Made by a program: the position numbers and the translations under genes. From positions 2,312 through 66,311 of the IMG/VR virus record IMGVR_UViG_2687453351_000002: a DNA stretch of 64,000 nt. One strand, 5' to 3'. The notes beneath the pieces were generated by a model that saw nothing but the letters and a program-made list of their open reading frames with translations, was not told where the DNA came from and ran no database searches. Numbering within the stretch: the first letter of the stretch is position 1; every line of letters begins with the position of its first letter. The DNA is from a virus. Below are positions 18,737-27,941 of the stretch, one piece after another.

Positions 18737-20542
18737 TCAGAACGGCTCGTCGACGGGCGCACCGGCGCCGCCATGGTCTCTGCGATCTGCCATCCGGGCC
18801 GCGAACTCGTCGGTGAAGCGCAGGCCGCGATAGCCGGTCGCATCGCGCTTGGCCGGGATGAAGCTCTTGCCGGTATGGGGATGGCGCCAGCGGCTGGCCT
18901 TCTGCTTGAGCCGGTTCGACACGGTGCGGCCGCCCCATCGGGTCTCGCCGCGATCCTCCAGCCAGAAGTTGAAGGCCTCGATCAGCTCGCGCGAATAGAT
19001 GAAGTCGGCCTCGGCGCCGGTGACGATGGCGCTCTCGGTCAGGAAGGCGCCGACCGGATCGCTTTCCTCGCGATACTCGGCCGTCGCCTCCAGCACCCGG
19101 TCGGGCGGGCGCAGGCCGCCCTCGAGGAAGTCGGTCAGCCCCGCGATCAGCCAGTTGAGGATGCCGGGCGCCTCGTCCCAGAGCTTGTTGGCAAGCTCCG
19201 GATCGCGTCGTTCCTCGGGGATCTGCACATCGAACGGGACCAGCAGAACCCGGCGCCAGATCCCGTCATCGGTGCCGCGGATCTCGGGCTTGTGGTTGCC
19301 GCTCATGGTCAGCTTGAAATACGGCGAGAACTCCAGGAAATCGCTGTGCAGCGCCCGGATCATCAGGGGCTCGCCGCCGGTCAGTTCCTTGATCAGCCCC
19401 TCCTGCAGGCGCTGGCCCTCGTCGGGTTCCGAGGTGCGCACGAAGCGCGCGCCCATCAGCGGGATCAGGTCGGGCGTGGCATCGCCGCCGCCGCGCCGGT
19501 TGGTGCCGGTCAGCGACTCGATCCGGGCCGTCGCCGCATAGGGGCCCAGCACCCGGGCGATGGTGTCGACCAGCACCGATTTGCCGTTGGCGCCGCCGCC
19601 ATAGAAGAAGGCCAGGCGCTGCATCTTGATCCCGGTCATCGAGAGCCCCATCCAGCGCTGGACGAAGTCGCGCACGGTGGCGTCGGGCAGGATCTCCTCG
19701 AGGAAGGCGTCCCAGCGCGGGGCTGTCGCGGTGCGGTCATAGGCGACCGGCATGATCTTCGACAGCAGATCGCCGCGCAGATGCTCGGGCTGGACGCGCA
19801 GCTCGGCCACCGGCGACATGCCCTCGGCCGCAACCGTCGAAAAGCGCAGCGTGCCCGACAGCGTGTTGACGGTCAGCGGATCGGCATCGAGATCCTCATA
19901 GGCCCGGGCAAGCCCCGGTTGCGCCTGCTCGATCATGTTGCCGATGGGGCCGCTGTTGCCCGCATTCTTGGCATGCGTCAGGCGCCGGCCGATCAGCGAC
20001 TTGCGGTCCTTCAGGATGGCCTCGATCGATCTCAGCCGGGCGCGGATGGTGCCGAGCTCGTCGTCGTGATCCTCGGCGCGTTCGGCCTCGGGCAGGGCGT
20101 CGAGCCTGTCGAAGCGTTCGCGCAGGCGGCGCTCCTCGGCGATCACCTTCTTCTCGGATTTGGTCGGCTCGAGGACCTCGACCTCCTGCTCGATCAGCGC
20201 CCAGATCCGCTGCGCCTTGCGCCGGACGGCCAGCTCGTCGGGATCCTTTTCCCAATGGGTGCCGGTCCAGACGAACCAGCCGACCCGGGGCACGAAGGTC
20301 AGATCCTGCCCGAAATGGATGCAGAAGCGCTGGCCGTTGCCATAATCGTTCAGCGGCTGTCCGGCCGCCGCCCGGACCGGCCCGAGCGGATCTTCGGGGA
20401 CGGTTCCGTCAGGGGGGTGCGGGGGTTCCGCGCCGCCGTCCGGGTCGTTCGGGGCGGTGTCGGGGTCCGGGATGTCCCCCATATCCACGTCCTCGGCCGC
20501 CGCGAATGTGGCGCGGACGCGGTCCAGCGGGTCGTCAGTCAT
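18737..20542 (-). CDS. P4-family primase/helicase (D5-like SF3 ATPase)
   Basis: LNDYGNGQRF, GGGANGKS Walker A, SGNHKPEIRGTDDGIWRR. Confidence 0.92.
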   Translation of the reverse strand: MTDDPLDRVRATFAAAEDVDMGDIPDPDTAPNDPDGGAEPPHPPDGTVPEDPLGPVRAAAGQPLNDYGNGQRFCIHFGQDLTFVPRVGWFVWTGTHWEKDPDELAVRRKAQRIWALIEQEVEVLEPTKSEKKVIAEERRLRERFDRLDALPEAERAEDHDDELGTIRARLRSIEAILKDRKSLIGRRLTHAKNAGNSGPIGNMIEQAQPGLARAYEDLDADPLTVNTLSGTLRFSTVAAEGMSPVAELRVQPEHLRGDLLSKIMPVAYDRTATAPRWDAFLEEILPDATVRDFVQRWMGLSMTGIKMQRLAFFYGGGANGKSVLVDTIARVLGPYAATARIESLTGTNRRGGGDATPDLIPLMGARFVRTSEPDEGQRLQEGLIKELTGGEPLMIRALHSDFLEFSPYFKLTMSGNHKPEIRGTDDGIWRRVLLVPFDVQIPEERRDPELANKLWDEAPGILNWLIAGLTDFLEGGLRPPDRVLEATAEYREESDPVGAFLTESAIVTGAEADFIYSRELIEAFNFWLEDRGETRWGGRTVSNRLKQKASRWRHPHTGKSFIPAKRDATGYRGLRFTDEFAARMADRRDHGGAGAPVDEPF

Positions 20543-21681
20543 TCTTCGCCTTCCCCCATCAGTACATCGTTGAGATCGCGGCCCTCGCCTGCATGGACGA
20601 TGGAGATCCGCGTGACGGACGGCACCCGGGCGCGCGCCCGGCGCAGCCCCGAGAGGAGCTGGGCGCGGGTGCTGCGCGGCTCGGAATCGCCGTCCTGGAT
20701 AAAGACCAGGTGCTCGACGCCCGCAGGCGGCAGCCAGGCCTGGAGATCGTCGAGATCGGGCACGCCCGCGAAGCGCATGCCATTGCCGCGGGTGATCCGG
20801 CGGCCCGCCATGTTGCCAAGCGAGATCCCGGCCCAGAAGGCGGCGCCGGGCAGGGCGCGGGCGGCCAGCGCCGAGAAGGTCGTCTCGATGCCTTCGCCCA
20901 TCACCATGGCGCGGGTGCCGCTGGACCGGGCCAGCCGGATCGCGCCGCCCTTGACCGAGCCCAGCGTCTTCTTGGCGGCGAGGGTCTCGCCCTCATGGAC
21001 GATCACCGCCTTGCCCTTGGGCTGGCCGAGGTCGAGCCAGGTGCGGTGGATGCCGCTGCCCCGGCCGCCCGGCGCCTGCACCAGGGCGACCATGGCCGGG
21101 CCGCGATGGATCTCGCGCCAGCGGCCCCGGTTGCCCTCGGCGGGCACCATATAGGGCAGGTCGGGATGGAAGCGGAGGCAGGCGGGCAGCTCGGGCAGCA
21201 ACGCGCGGGTGAGGCCGCGCCGGGCGAGATAGTCGCGCACCGGGCTGTCCTCGGCCGGGCGGGAGTCGTGCCAGATGGCGCGGGCCTGGGCGATGGCGTT
21301 GCGCCGGGCGGCCTCGGCCTGCCTGCTCCGCTGGTGCGCCTCTTTCTCGCGGGCGGCCTTGCGCCGGGCCAGCTCGGCGGGGTCGGTTTCCAGCTCGCGC
21401 GTGCCCATCAGCCAGTCGAGCGCGGCGCGGAAATCGCAGCCCTTGACCAGTTCGACCAGCGCGATGGCATCGCCGCCGCCGCAATGGCGGCAGTTGAAGA
21501 CGTTGCGGGCGGTGTTGATGCCGAAGCGGTCGCGGCCGCCGCAGACCGGGCAGGGGCCGACGCGCTCGATGGCCTGTGGCGGTTTCAGCCCGGCGATGCC
21601 GAGCCGCTCGGCCACTTCGCCGATGGGCAGCGCGCGGGCCTCGGCCAGTCGGGGATCCTCGCGCGGGGGCATGGCGCTCAC
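20539..21681 (-). CDS. Primase with Zn finger and TOPRIM (DUF7146-like)
   Basis: CPVCGGRDRF..CRHC, GIHRTWL, GEGIET, DGD. Confidence 0.85.
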   Translation of the reverse strand: MSAMPPREDPRLAEARALPIGEVAERLGIAGLKPPQAIERVGPCPVCGGRDRFGINTARNVFNCRHCGGGDAIALVELVKGCDFRAALDWLMGTRELETDPAELARRKAAREKEAHQRSRQAEAARRNAIAQARAIWHDSRPAEDSPVRDYLARRGLTRALLPELPACLRFHPDLPYMVPAEGNRGRWREIHRGPAMVALVQAPGGRGSGIHRTWLDLGQPKGKAVIVHEGETLAAKKTLGSVKGGAIRLARSSGTRAMVMGEGIETTFSALAARALPGAAFWAGISLGNMAGRRITRGNGMRFAGVPDLDDLQAWLPPAGVEHLVFIQDGDSEPRSTRAQLLSGLRRARARVPSVTRISIVHAGEGRDLNDVLMGEGEE

Positions 21682-21998
21682 GCCTTGCCGGTTTCGCGGC
21701 GCCAGCGCTCATGGGCATGGGCCGCGCGGGTCTCGAAGAAGCGGGCGACGGCGCTGCGCAGCCGCCAGTGGCAGTCGGAAAAGGTCGGGCCATCCCCGGC
21801 CCGGCGCGCGCGATCCATCGCCTCGATCTCGAAAGCCAGGCCGCAAGTCGGGCCGTCCGGAGCGACATGGGGGATGACGTCGAGCGCCATCGCCATGCGC
21901 CGCGCGGTCAGGTCGCGGTCCATCACCGGCGGCACCGCCAGCGCGGCGGCGGCCGCGATCAGCACCTGATCGGCGCGGGTGAGCGGGGCCTCAGCCAT
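21678..21998 (-). CDS. Hypothetical phage protein
   Basis: Coupled ORF MAEAPLTRAD... Confidence 0.55.
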   Translation of the reverse strand: MAEAPLTRADQVLIAAAAALAVPPVMDRDLTARRMAMALDVIPHVAPDGPTCGLAFEIEAMDRARRAGDGPTFSDCHWRLRSAVARFFETRAAHAHERWRRETGKA

Positions 21999-22269
21999 CG
22001 AGATCGGCCCTGTCCTGCCAGGCGTGGCGGGTAGGGGCGGCCGTGCAGCGCCGCAGGATCGTCTCCTGCAGGGCGGCTCCGGCGGCGGCGGGGGCCGTAT
22101 CGTGATCGGCCAGAAAGCGTGCGATGGCCGCGCGCAATTCCTCGTCGCCCGAGCCGAGCCCTGCCATCGCGAGGCGCAGGCGGTCCCGGATCGACACCGG
22201 GCGCTGCCGGGACTGCATGGCAAGCGCTGTCGCCTGGAACTCGGCCGCGACCTCGGCCCGGACAGTCAT
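21991..22269 (-). CDS. Hypothetical phage protein
   Basis: Coupled ORF in early-right operon. Confidence 0.5.
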   Translation of the reverse strand: MTVRAEVAAEFQATALAMQSRQRPVSIRDRLRLAMAGLGSGDEELRAAIARFLADHDTAPAAAGAALQETILRRCTAAPTRHAWQDRADLDG

Positions 22270-22406
22270 GCCCGGCCCCCCTTGAAACGTGCCAAAAACT
22301 TTTCGGCCCGCGCCTCGAAGACGCGGGCGGCGGCGCGGGCTCTGCCCGCGCGCACCTGGTTGAAGCGTCCGGCGATACGCCAGTAGATCCGAATTGCCAG
22401 TGTCAT
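22266..22406 (-). CDS. Small hypothetical phage protein
   Basis: MTLAIRIYW..., ATGA overlaps on both sides. Confidence 0.5.
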   Translation of the reverse strand: MTLAIRIYWRIAGRFNQVRAGRARAAARVFEARAEKFLARFKGGRA

Positions 22407-22756
22407 GCCGTTTGCTCCGGGTCGAAGAGTTCGAAGACTGTCTCGGCGCCCGCGAGCGCCAGCACCGCGACGACGTAATGCAGCCCCGGCGCGTTCTCCG
22501 AGCGCAGCCAGTTCCGCACCGTGCGCGGGTTCACAGGCCGATGCGCCGTGTTCAGCGCCTCGGCCACAAGATCGGCCAGCTGGGCCTCGCTCGTCGCCTC
22601 GGGGAATGACCGCCAAAGCAGCGAGGCGAACCATTTCCGCTCCCGCTCCTGCGGGTCGCGGAACTTCTGGAAGGACTTTTGCATGACGGCCCCCGTATGG
22701 TTGATCCGTGCGAAAGGGTTTGGGTTTGAAATCGGAGGGGTGGACGCGGTCAGCAT
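22403..22756 (-). CDS. CII-position HTH regulator
   Basis: PRTVRNWLRSENAP helix-turn-helix; follows cro. Confidence 0.6.
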   Translation of the reverse strand: MLTASTPPISNPNPFARINHTGAVMQKSFQKFRDPQERERKWFASLLWRSFPEATSEAQLADLVAEALNTAHRPVNPRTVRNWLRSENAPGLHYVVAVLALAGAETVFELFDPEQTA

Positions 22757-22838
22757 GAAGGTTCCTCCGGAACGGAAAATGAGTGATCGAAGCAGAAGCG
22801 GGGCGGCGCATGACCGCCAGAGCGGAGAGAGCGCGGCA

Positions 22839-23060
22839 TCAGACGGCGCCCCCGGTGGGCGTGGGATGCGTGCGCATGAAGTTGCGAACAGCGTTGAGCG
22901 TCTTGCTGCGGCACTCCCGTCCGTCTTCCAAATCGAAGACAAACCGTGGATCGCGCACTGCGGCGGCACCAAATCGCGACCTGGACATTCCGGCGGCCTC
23001 GCAGAAGGCGTCAATCTCGGCGACCAGATCTTTGTGGGGAATTTTGGGTTCGTGGGGCAT
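22839..23060 (-). CDS. Cro-like repressor
   Basis: AEIDAFCEAAGMSRSRFG...DPRFVFDL; divergent from cI. Confidence 0.75.
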   Translation of the reverse strand: MPHEPKIPHKDLVAEIDAFCEAAGMSRSRFGAAAVRDPRFVFDLEDGRECRSKTLNAVRNFMRTHPTPTGGAV

Positions 23061-23069
23061 GGTCGTGAG

Positions 23070-23156
23070 ATTAGGAAGTTTCCTAATGCCACGCAAGCCC
23101 CTCAATGAGGATTCTTCCTATTGGCGGCGTCGGGCCGCGATAGGATATTCCCTAGT
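23070..23156. promoter_or_regulatory. Three operators (OR-like), consensus AWTAGGA-N4-TCCTAWT
   Basis: 23070-87 perfect palindrome ATTAGGA-AGTT-TCCTAAT; 23105-22 and 23139-56 degenerate. Confidence 0.8.
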
Positions 23157-23158
23157 GT

Positions 23159-23488
23159 ATGGAGCGCGAAGCGATCACGATGCTTGTAGCAAGCAACATT
23201 GAGGCCGCCATGGCGAAGCGCGGCACCAATGCCGCTGAGGTAGCTCGCAAAGCGGGTTTGAACCCAACGGCCGTTTACGACATCCTCAAGGGTAAGAGCA
23301 GGAACCCCCGCCTGGACACGCTTTACAAGATTGCGACCCAAGGACTGGAAGTTCCCTTCAGCTCTCTCTTCTCCGAGCCAGAAGATCATGACCTCGACAA
23401 CGAAATCATGGAGGCAATCAGGTGTCTGCCGACCTCCGAGAGATCGAGGATTCTCGCTGTCGTTCGCGCTTTTTCTGTTGATGTGTAG
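23159..23488 (+). CDS. CI-like repressor (XRE HTH, no S24 domain)
   Basis: NAAEVARKAGLNPTAVYDILKGKSRNPRLDTL. Confidence 0.85.
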   Translation: MEREAITMLVASNIEAAMAKRGTNAAEVARKAGLNPTAVYDILKGKSRNPRLDTLYKIATQGLEVPFSSLFSEPEDHDLDNEIMEAIRCLPTSERSRILAVVRAFSVDV

Positions 23489-23643
23489 CCAGTAGCGCCT
23501 TTCGAACCTCGTGCAGAACCACGAGCTTCTGCAGCCGTGTCAGCTGGCTTAGAGCAATCCTCATTTCTGCGTCTGAAATCATAACCCTACCCGTATGCTA
23601 AGCGCGTCCGGGGCGCTGCATCGCATGCGGCCAGTTGGGTTGA

Positions 23644-23697
23644 AATAGGATTTTTCCTTGTTCTGACGTTGACAATAGGAAACATCCTATTGATTAT
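23644..23697 (+). promoter_or_regulatory. PL-like promoter with two operators
   Basis: Operators 23644-61 and 23674-91 (perfect AATAGGA-AACA-TCCTATT); TTGACA-N17-GATTAT. Confidence 0.8.
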
Positions 23698-23728
23698 CCC
23701 CTCACCGCAACCGCGAAAGGGGAGCCCC

Positions 23729-23983
23729 ATGAAGACCATCCTGACCACCGCCGCACTGGCCCTGCTGGCCGCGCCCGTGCTTGCCGGGACCGACACCACG
23801 GAAGACCAGGCGACCGCCGTGTCGCCCGCCTCCGCCCCGGATTGCTTCGCCCCGATCCAGGGCACCAACGCCTTCCAGCGCAGCAACGCGCCGGGCTGCG
23901 TCTATTACACCGCCCCCACCGGCAATGACCGCGACCCCGCCGCGTCCGGCGAGGGCGAAGGCGGCGAAAGCTCCGATCCCTGA
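23729..23983 (+). CDS. Small secreted protein
   Basis: GGGGAG RBS; signal peptide MKTILTTAALALLAAPVLA; two Cys. Confidence 0.7.
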   Translation: MKTILTTAALALLAAPVLAGTDTTEDQATAVSPASAPDCFAPIQGTNAFQRSNAPGCVYYTAPTGNDRDPAASGEGEGGESSDP

Positions 23984-24040
23984 GCATCGGTGCCCCGCCC
24001 CGCGCGGGCGGGCATCCCATGCCCAGCCCCGGAGGACACC

Positions 24041-24193
24041 ATGCCCCGCATCCCCAAAATCCCAGACCTTCCTGCAACTTACGGCTTCGGCACCTGGCGC
24101 GATGCGCTGCTCGGCCTGTTCATCGGCCTTGCCTTCATCGGCTCGGCCTGGGGCGGGCTCATGCTGGCCCGGATCGCGGAGGCCAGCCTCTGA
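24041..24193 (+). CDS. Small membrane protein
   Basis: GGAGG RBS; one hydrophobic helix. Confidence 0.55.
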   Translation: MPRIPKIPDLPATYGFGTWRDALLGLFIGLAFIGSAWGGLMLARIAEASL

Positions 24194-24420
24194 TGGCCGC
24201 GATCCTTGCCATTGCCCCGCAGATCGCCGACCGGCTCGCGGCCGAGGCCGCCGCCGCTCGCATCGAGGCCCAGACTGCCCGCGTTGCCGCCAAATCGAGC
24301 GCGCGGGACGGCAAGCCACTGCTCGCCCGCGCCGCCTTCGCCCGGGCCGAGCGGCTGCAGGGCCGTGCCGTCACCCTCGGAGCTCTGGCCGCGCAGGCCC
24401 GGGCAGGCGGTGCTGCATGA
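24193..24420 (+). CDS. Hypothetical phage protein
   Basis: TGATG-coupled Ala-rich ORF. Confidence 0.5.
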   Translation: MAAILAIAPQIADRLAAEAAAARIEAQTARVAAKSSARDGKPLLARAAFARAERLQGRAVTLGALAAQARAGGAA

Positions 24421-24677
24421 GCATTATGGATGGCATCGCCCCGCCGCCCGACGCGCTGGCCGCCTTCGTCGCCGAATGGCGCGGCGCCGCCCCCGATGTG
24501 CGCCTCGCCGCGATCCGTGGCGCGCTCCGCCGCCATGGGATCGAGATCCCGGCGCTGCCGGGCCGGGTGGCGTTCTACGAGATCCAGCTGTTCGGGCTGG
24601 TCGCCACCGGCCGCGACGAGGCCGAGGCCGCCCAAAACTGGATGGAGGCGGCCATCCGCCTCTGTCCCTTCGACTGA
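24417..24677 (+). CDS. Hypothetical phage protein
   Basis: ATGA-coupled ORF MSIMDGIAPP... Confidence 0.55.
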   Translation: MSIMDGIAPPPDALAAFVAEWRGAAPDVRLAAIRGALRRHGIEIPALPGRVAFYEIQLFGLVATGRDEAEAAQNWMEAAIRLCPFD

Positions 24678-25387
24678 TGCATCCCCTGCGGATCCTGATC
24701 GGCTGCGAGACCTCGGGCGTGATGCGTCGGGCCTTCGCCGCGCGCGGGCACGATGTCTGGTCCTGCGACCTGCTTCCGGCCGAGGACGCCACCAACCGGC
24801 ACATGATCTGCGATATCCGCGAGGTGCTTCACCTCGGCTGGGATCTGCTCGCCGTCATGCACCCGCCCTGCACCCGGCTCTGCAATTCCGGCGTCCGCTG
24901 GCTGCATGTGCCGCCGACCAACGCCCCGGCCGAGGCGCGCCCGGACGAACGCACCGCCTGGCCGGATCTGCCCGAGGCCGCCCGCCGCGCCATCATGTGG
25001 CGGCTGCTCGACGAGGGCGCCGCGCTGTTCTCGGCCTGCTGGCGCGCCCCGATCCCGCGCGTCGCGGTCGAGAACCCGGTGATGCACCGCCACGGGCGGG
25101 CGCGGCTGCCGGCCGATCTGCCGAAGCCGCAGATCGTGCAGCCCTGGTGGTTCGGCGAGCCGGTCTTCAAGGCGACGGGGCTTTACCTGCGCGGTCTCTC
25201 GCCGCTGAGCGCCACCAACCGCCTGACCCCGCCCGCGCCCGGCACCGAGGCGCACAAGCGCTGGAGCGCGGTCCACCGGGCCCCGCCCGGACCCGACCGC
25301 TGGAAGATCAGATCCCGCACTTTCGAGGGCCTCGCCGCTGCTGCGGCCGCCCAATGGGGCGCAGAAACAAGAAAGGAGGCCGCCTGA
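24677..25387 (+). CDS. Short DNA cytosine-5 methyltransferase-like protein
   Basis: HPPCT catalytic loop, VENPV, terminal RSRTF. Confidence 0.8.
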   Translation: MHPLRILIGCETSGVMRRAFAARGHDVWSCDLLPAEDATNRHMICDIREVLHLGWDLLAVMHPPCTRLCNSGVRWLHVPPTNAPAEARPDERTAWPDLPEAARRAIMWRLLDEGAALFSACWRAPIPRVAVENPVMHRHGRARLPADLPKPQIVQPWWFGEPVFKATGLYLRGLSPLSATNRLTPPAPGTEAHKRWSAVHRAPPGPDRWKIRSRTFEGLAAAAAAQWGAETRKEAA

Positions 25388-25908
25388 TGGCCGAAATCCT
25401 CACCCGCAGCTTCGGCCGGTTCCATGCCGAGGTGACCCCGGCCGAGGCCCGGCTGATCATCCGCGATGACTGCAAGGACGTGATCCGGCTCTTCGGCCGC
25501 GACCTGATCCGCAGCTCGCTGCTGGGCGGCAGCTGGACGCCCGACATCGAGCGCGCGCTGCGCTGGGGGCTCGAGTTGATCGAGGCCGAGCTGGGCGAGG
25601 ATCTGCGCTACCGCGCGGGCGTGATGGCCGCCGTCAAGCTCTGCTGGCGGCTGCGCTTGGCCAATGATCCGCGCCGCGCGGAGCGGCTTCTGCTGGGCGA
25701 TCCGGAGGCCGGGCAACCGCCAGCCGAGCCCCGGATCTGCCCCGCCTGCGGCGAGCTGGTGACTGACAGCCTCGGATGCGGCGGCGGTATCTGCTGGGCC
25801 TCAGCCGCCTTTCCGAAGCCGGTCGAAGACCCCGCCGACAAGGCTTTCCGCGAAGCCGTCGCCGAGCTGGTCGATTGCGCCATGAAGGAAGGAAAGGCCG
25901 ATGTTTGA
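25387..25908 (+). CDS. Hypothetical phage protein with CxxC..C motif
   Basis: Coupled ORF; ICPACG...GCGGGIC. Confidence 0.5.
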   Translation: MAEILTRSFGRFHAEVTPAEARLIIRDDCKDVIRLFGRDLIRSSLLGGSWTPDIERALRWGLELIEAELGEDLRYRAGVMAAVKLCWRLRLANDPRRAERLLLGDPEAGQPPAEPRICPACGELVTDSLGCGGGICWASAAFPKPVEDPADKAFREAVAELVDCAMKEGKADV

Positions 25909-26032
25909 CATCCACCAGCTTCCGCCCCTCGAGCTGCATATGCCAGCGCAGCGCTATTGCTGCGACCTATGCCGACTTGAGGTGGTCGCTGCGGAGAAAG
26001 ACAGGGTGGAGGAGGGCGAGCTATGCCCATGA
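25901..26032 (+). CDS. 43-aa Cys-containing peptide
   Basis: Manual translation MFDIHQ...YCCDLCR...LCP*, coupled to neighbours. Confidence 0.35.
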   Translation: MFDIHQLPPLELHMPAQRYCCDLCRLEVVAAEKDRVEEGELCP

Positions 26033-26256
26033 CGCTCGATTTTTCGCCCAGACTGATGCCTGCCGGGCAGGCGGCGCATTATCTTGGCATTTCAGCTTCG
26101 AAACTGCGCATGCTTCCAATTGCATCGAAGCGGCTTGATGGGAAACGGGTGTGGGACCGGCGCGATCTCGACGCTTATGCTGACGACCTGCCGACACACG
26201 GAGAAACGGACCAAGGCAACACATGCGACGCGCTGTTCATGGAAAAGGCATCCTGA
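26029..26256 (+). CDS. xis: Excisionase-like HTH protein
   Basis: AAHYLGISASKLR...RVWDRRDLDAY; immediately before integrase. Confidence 0.75.
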   Translation: MTLDFSPRLMPAGQAAHYLGISASKLRMLPIASKRLDGKRVWDRRDLDAYADDLPTHGETDQGNTCDALFMEKAS

Positions 26257-27332
26257 AGCACCTTAACGCCTCGGGGCGATGGCCCAGCGGGAATGTCCGC
26301 TATTATTACCGCCCCAAGGGTCAGAAAGGCGTTCCGCTGCCGGATCTGCCGCCGTCCCATCCGGATTTTCTTTCCGCCTATGCCCGTGCTGCCGGTCTTT
26401 CCGTGGCGCCTCTGCACTCCCCTCGCACGGGCTCGATCTCCGCGGGGATCGCAGATTACCTCAAGTCCGACGCATTCTTGTCCTTGTCTGCCGGTACGCG
26501 CACGCGGAGGCGGATCATGCTGGATGATATTCGAGGTCGCTATAGCACGGGGTTGGTACGCGATCTGCGCCCCCACCATATCCGCGCGGATCTTGAAGGC
26601 CGACCACCGCACCCTGCCAACAACCGCCTGAAATGCTGGCGCGGCCTGTGTCGCTGGTGGCAAGAAGCCGGGCTGGCCGAAGAAGATGCAGCAAGTCCGG
26701 TCCGCGCGCGTCGCGTATTACCGACTGAAGGCCACCTGCCATGGTCGCGCGACGACATCGCAAAATTCCGCGCCAGATGGCCGCACGCAACATCACAACG
26801 CCTGGCGTTCGAGTTACTGTTCTGGACAGGCGCGCGCATGTCGGATGCGGTGCGGCTAGGGCCGGGCATGGTCGACGCCGATGGCTGGCTGAGCTATCGG
26901 CAGTCGAAGACAGGCGGGCAGGTTGACGTTCCCTTTACCGCCGCAGCTCCAGAATGGGCCGAGCCATCTGATCGCGTCCATCTTTTTTCTGCCCTCAGGG
27001 AACAGGCCGACCGCCATGCGGTCTGGATGGTCACCGCCCAAGGCCGCCCCAGGTCAATCAAGGCGGCCAGCCAGTGGTTTTCCGCAGCGGCGCGCGCCGC
27101 TGGCATAACCGGGGGACGGTCGGCCCACGGACTGCGAAAGACCCGCGCCCAGATCATGGCCGAACGCGGCGCCACACCCGACCAGCGCGCCGCATGGCTG
27201 GGGCACGAGTCGCTGTCAGAGGTTCAGCACTATAGCCGCGGCGCTGATCGCCGACGAATGCTGGCGGGAATAGACCCCGAACCTAAAAGTTCCAACTCGT
27301 CGGATCGAGTTCCAACTTGGATGCGCAAGTAG
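26223..27332 (+). CDS. int: Tyrosine integrase
   Basis: Catalytic set TGARMSD, SKTG, AHGLRK, WLGH, QHYSR intact. Confidence 0.95.
   Translation: MRRAVHGKGILKHLNASGRWPSGNVRYYYRPKGQKGVPLPDLPPSHPDFLSAYARAAGLSVAPLHSPRTGSISAGIADYLKSDAFLSLSAGTRTRRRIMLDDIRGRYSTGLVRDLRPHHIRADLEGRPPHPANNRLKCWRGLCRWWQEAGLAEEDAASPVRARRVLPTEGHLPWSRDDIAKFRARWPHATSQRLAFELLFWTGARMSDAVRLGPGMVDADGWLSYRQSKTGGQVDVPFTAAAPEWAEPSDRVHLFSALREQADRHAVWMVTAQGRPRSIKAASQWFSAAARAAGITGGRSAHGLRKTRAQIMAERGATPDQRAAWLGHESLSEVQHYSRGADRRRMLAGIDPEPKSSNSSDRVPTWMRK
27288..27317 (+). repeat. AGTTCCAACT direct repeat; candidate integrase arm sites
   Basis: Copies at 27288-97 and 27308-17, adjacent to att core. Confidence 0.5.
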
Positions 27333-27359
27333 CTGTCTTTTAGGGGTAATTTTTGGAGG

Positions 27360-27409
27360 TGGTGACCCCGGCAGGACTCGAACCTGCAACCTATCCCTTA
27401 GGAGGGGAT
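27360..27409 (-). other. att core: 3' half of tRNA-Arg(CCT)
   Basis: Minus strand ATCCC-CTCCTAA-GGGAT anticodon arm, GCAGG-TTCGAGT-CCTGC T arm, ...GTCACCA; no D arm upstream. Confidence 0.9.
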
Positions 27410-27941
27410 AGGTTCCGGGGCAAAATAAGCAAAACTCGACAAAACAAGCACTCCCTATGCAAGCGTGTTCCCGGTTTGTGCAGCGAAATCCGGCTTGCGC
27501 AGGTTCAGCGAACCAAAGAGCACTCCCCAAATCACAAGGGATCCATGGCTAATGACGCCCCCCCCCACCAGCTGCCATCGGGTCCGCACTGATGACGGTC
27601 TCGAGGTCCTGATCCCGATGTGCTGCGTATCCACAATAGGCGATCCGGGCGCCTGCGCCTTTGGAGCGCCAGAAAGCCGAATCCAGGCGGCCAGACCTAG
27701 GAGGCTGAGCGGCAGGTCAGGCGCGGTTCGGGGCGCCGGGAATCTCTCCATTACGGCTTCTGCGGAAGATCTCGACACATGATCTTGCTAGGGCTCAGCC
27801 TTGTCGCCTCATCAGCCGCGCCACTCTGCCTCTCGGCATGATGCCGCCAATGACGATGCGTCCTCGAACGCAGACGGCAGCGTGGGATTGCCAGCAGAGG
27901 ACCTACCTCACTACCTTGGCGGGAATTCGAGAGGGTATTTC

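Larger units (their letters stand above)
1..27409. mobile_element. Prophage 1, temperate siphovirus with HK97-like head; left end outside window
   Basis: Contiguous tail-head-terminase-replication-cro/cI-early-xis-int gene order ending at a tRNA 3' fragment. Confidence 0.95.

Noticed and set aside
27360-27440. Complete tRNA-Arg gene
   Set aside because: Only the anticodon arm, T arm and 3' acceptor strand are present; the upstream sequence cannot form a D arm or 5' acceptor strand.
27420-27900. Short ORFs on both strands right of att
   Set aside because: No RBS, motif or consistent codon bias; likely att arm and decayed sequence.
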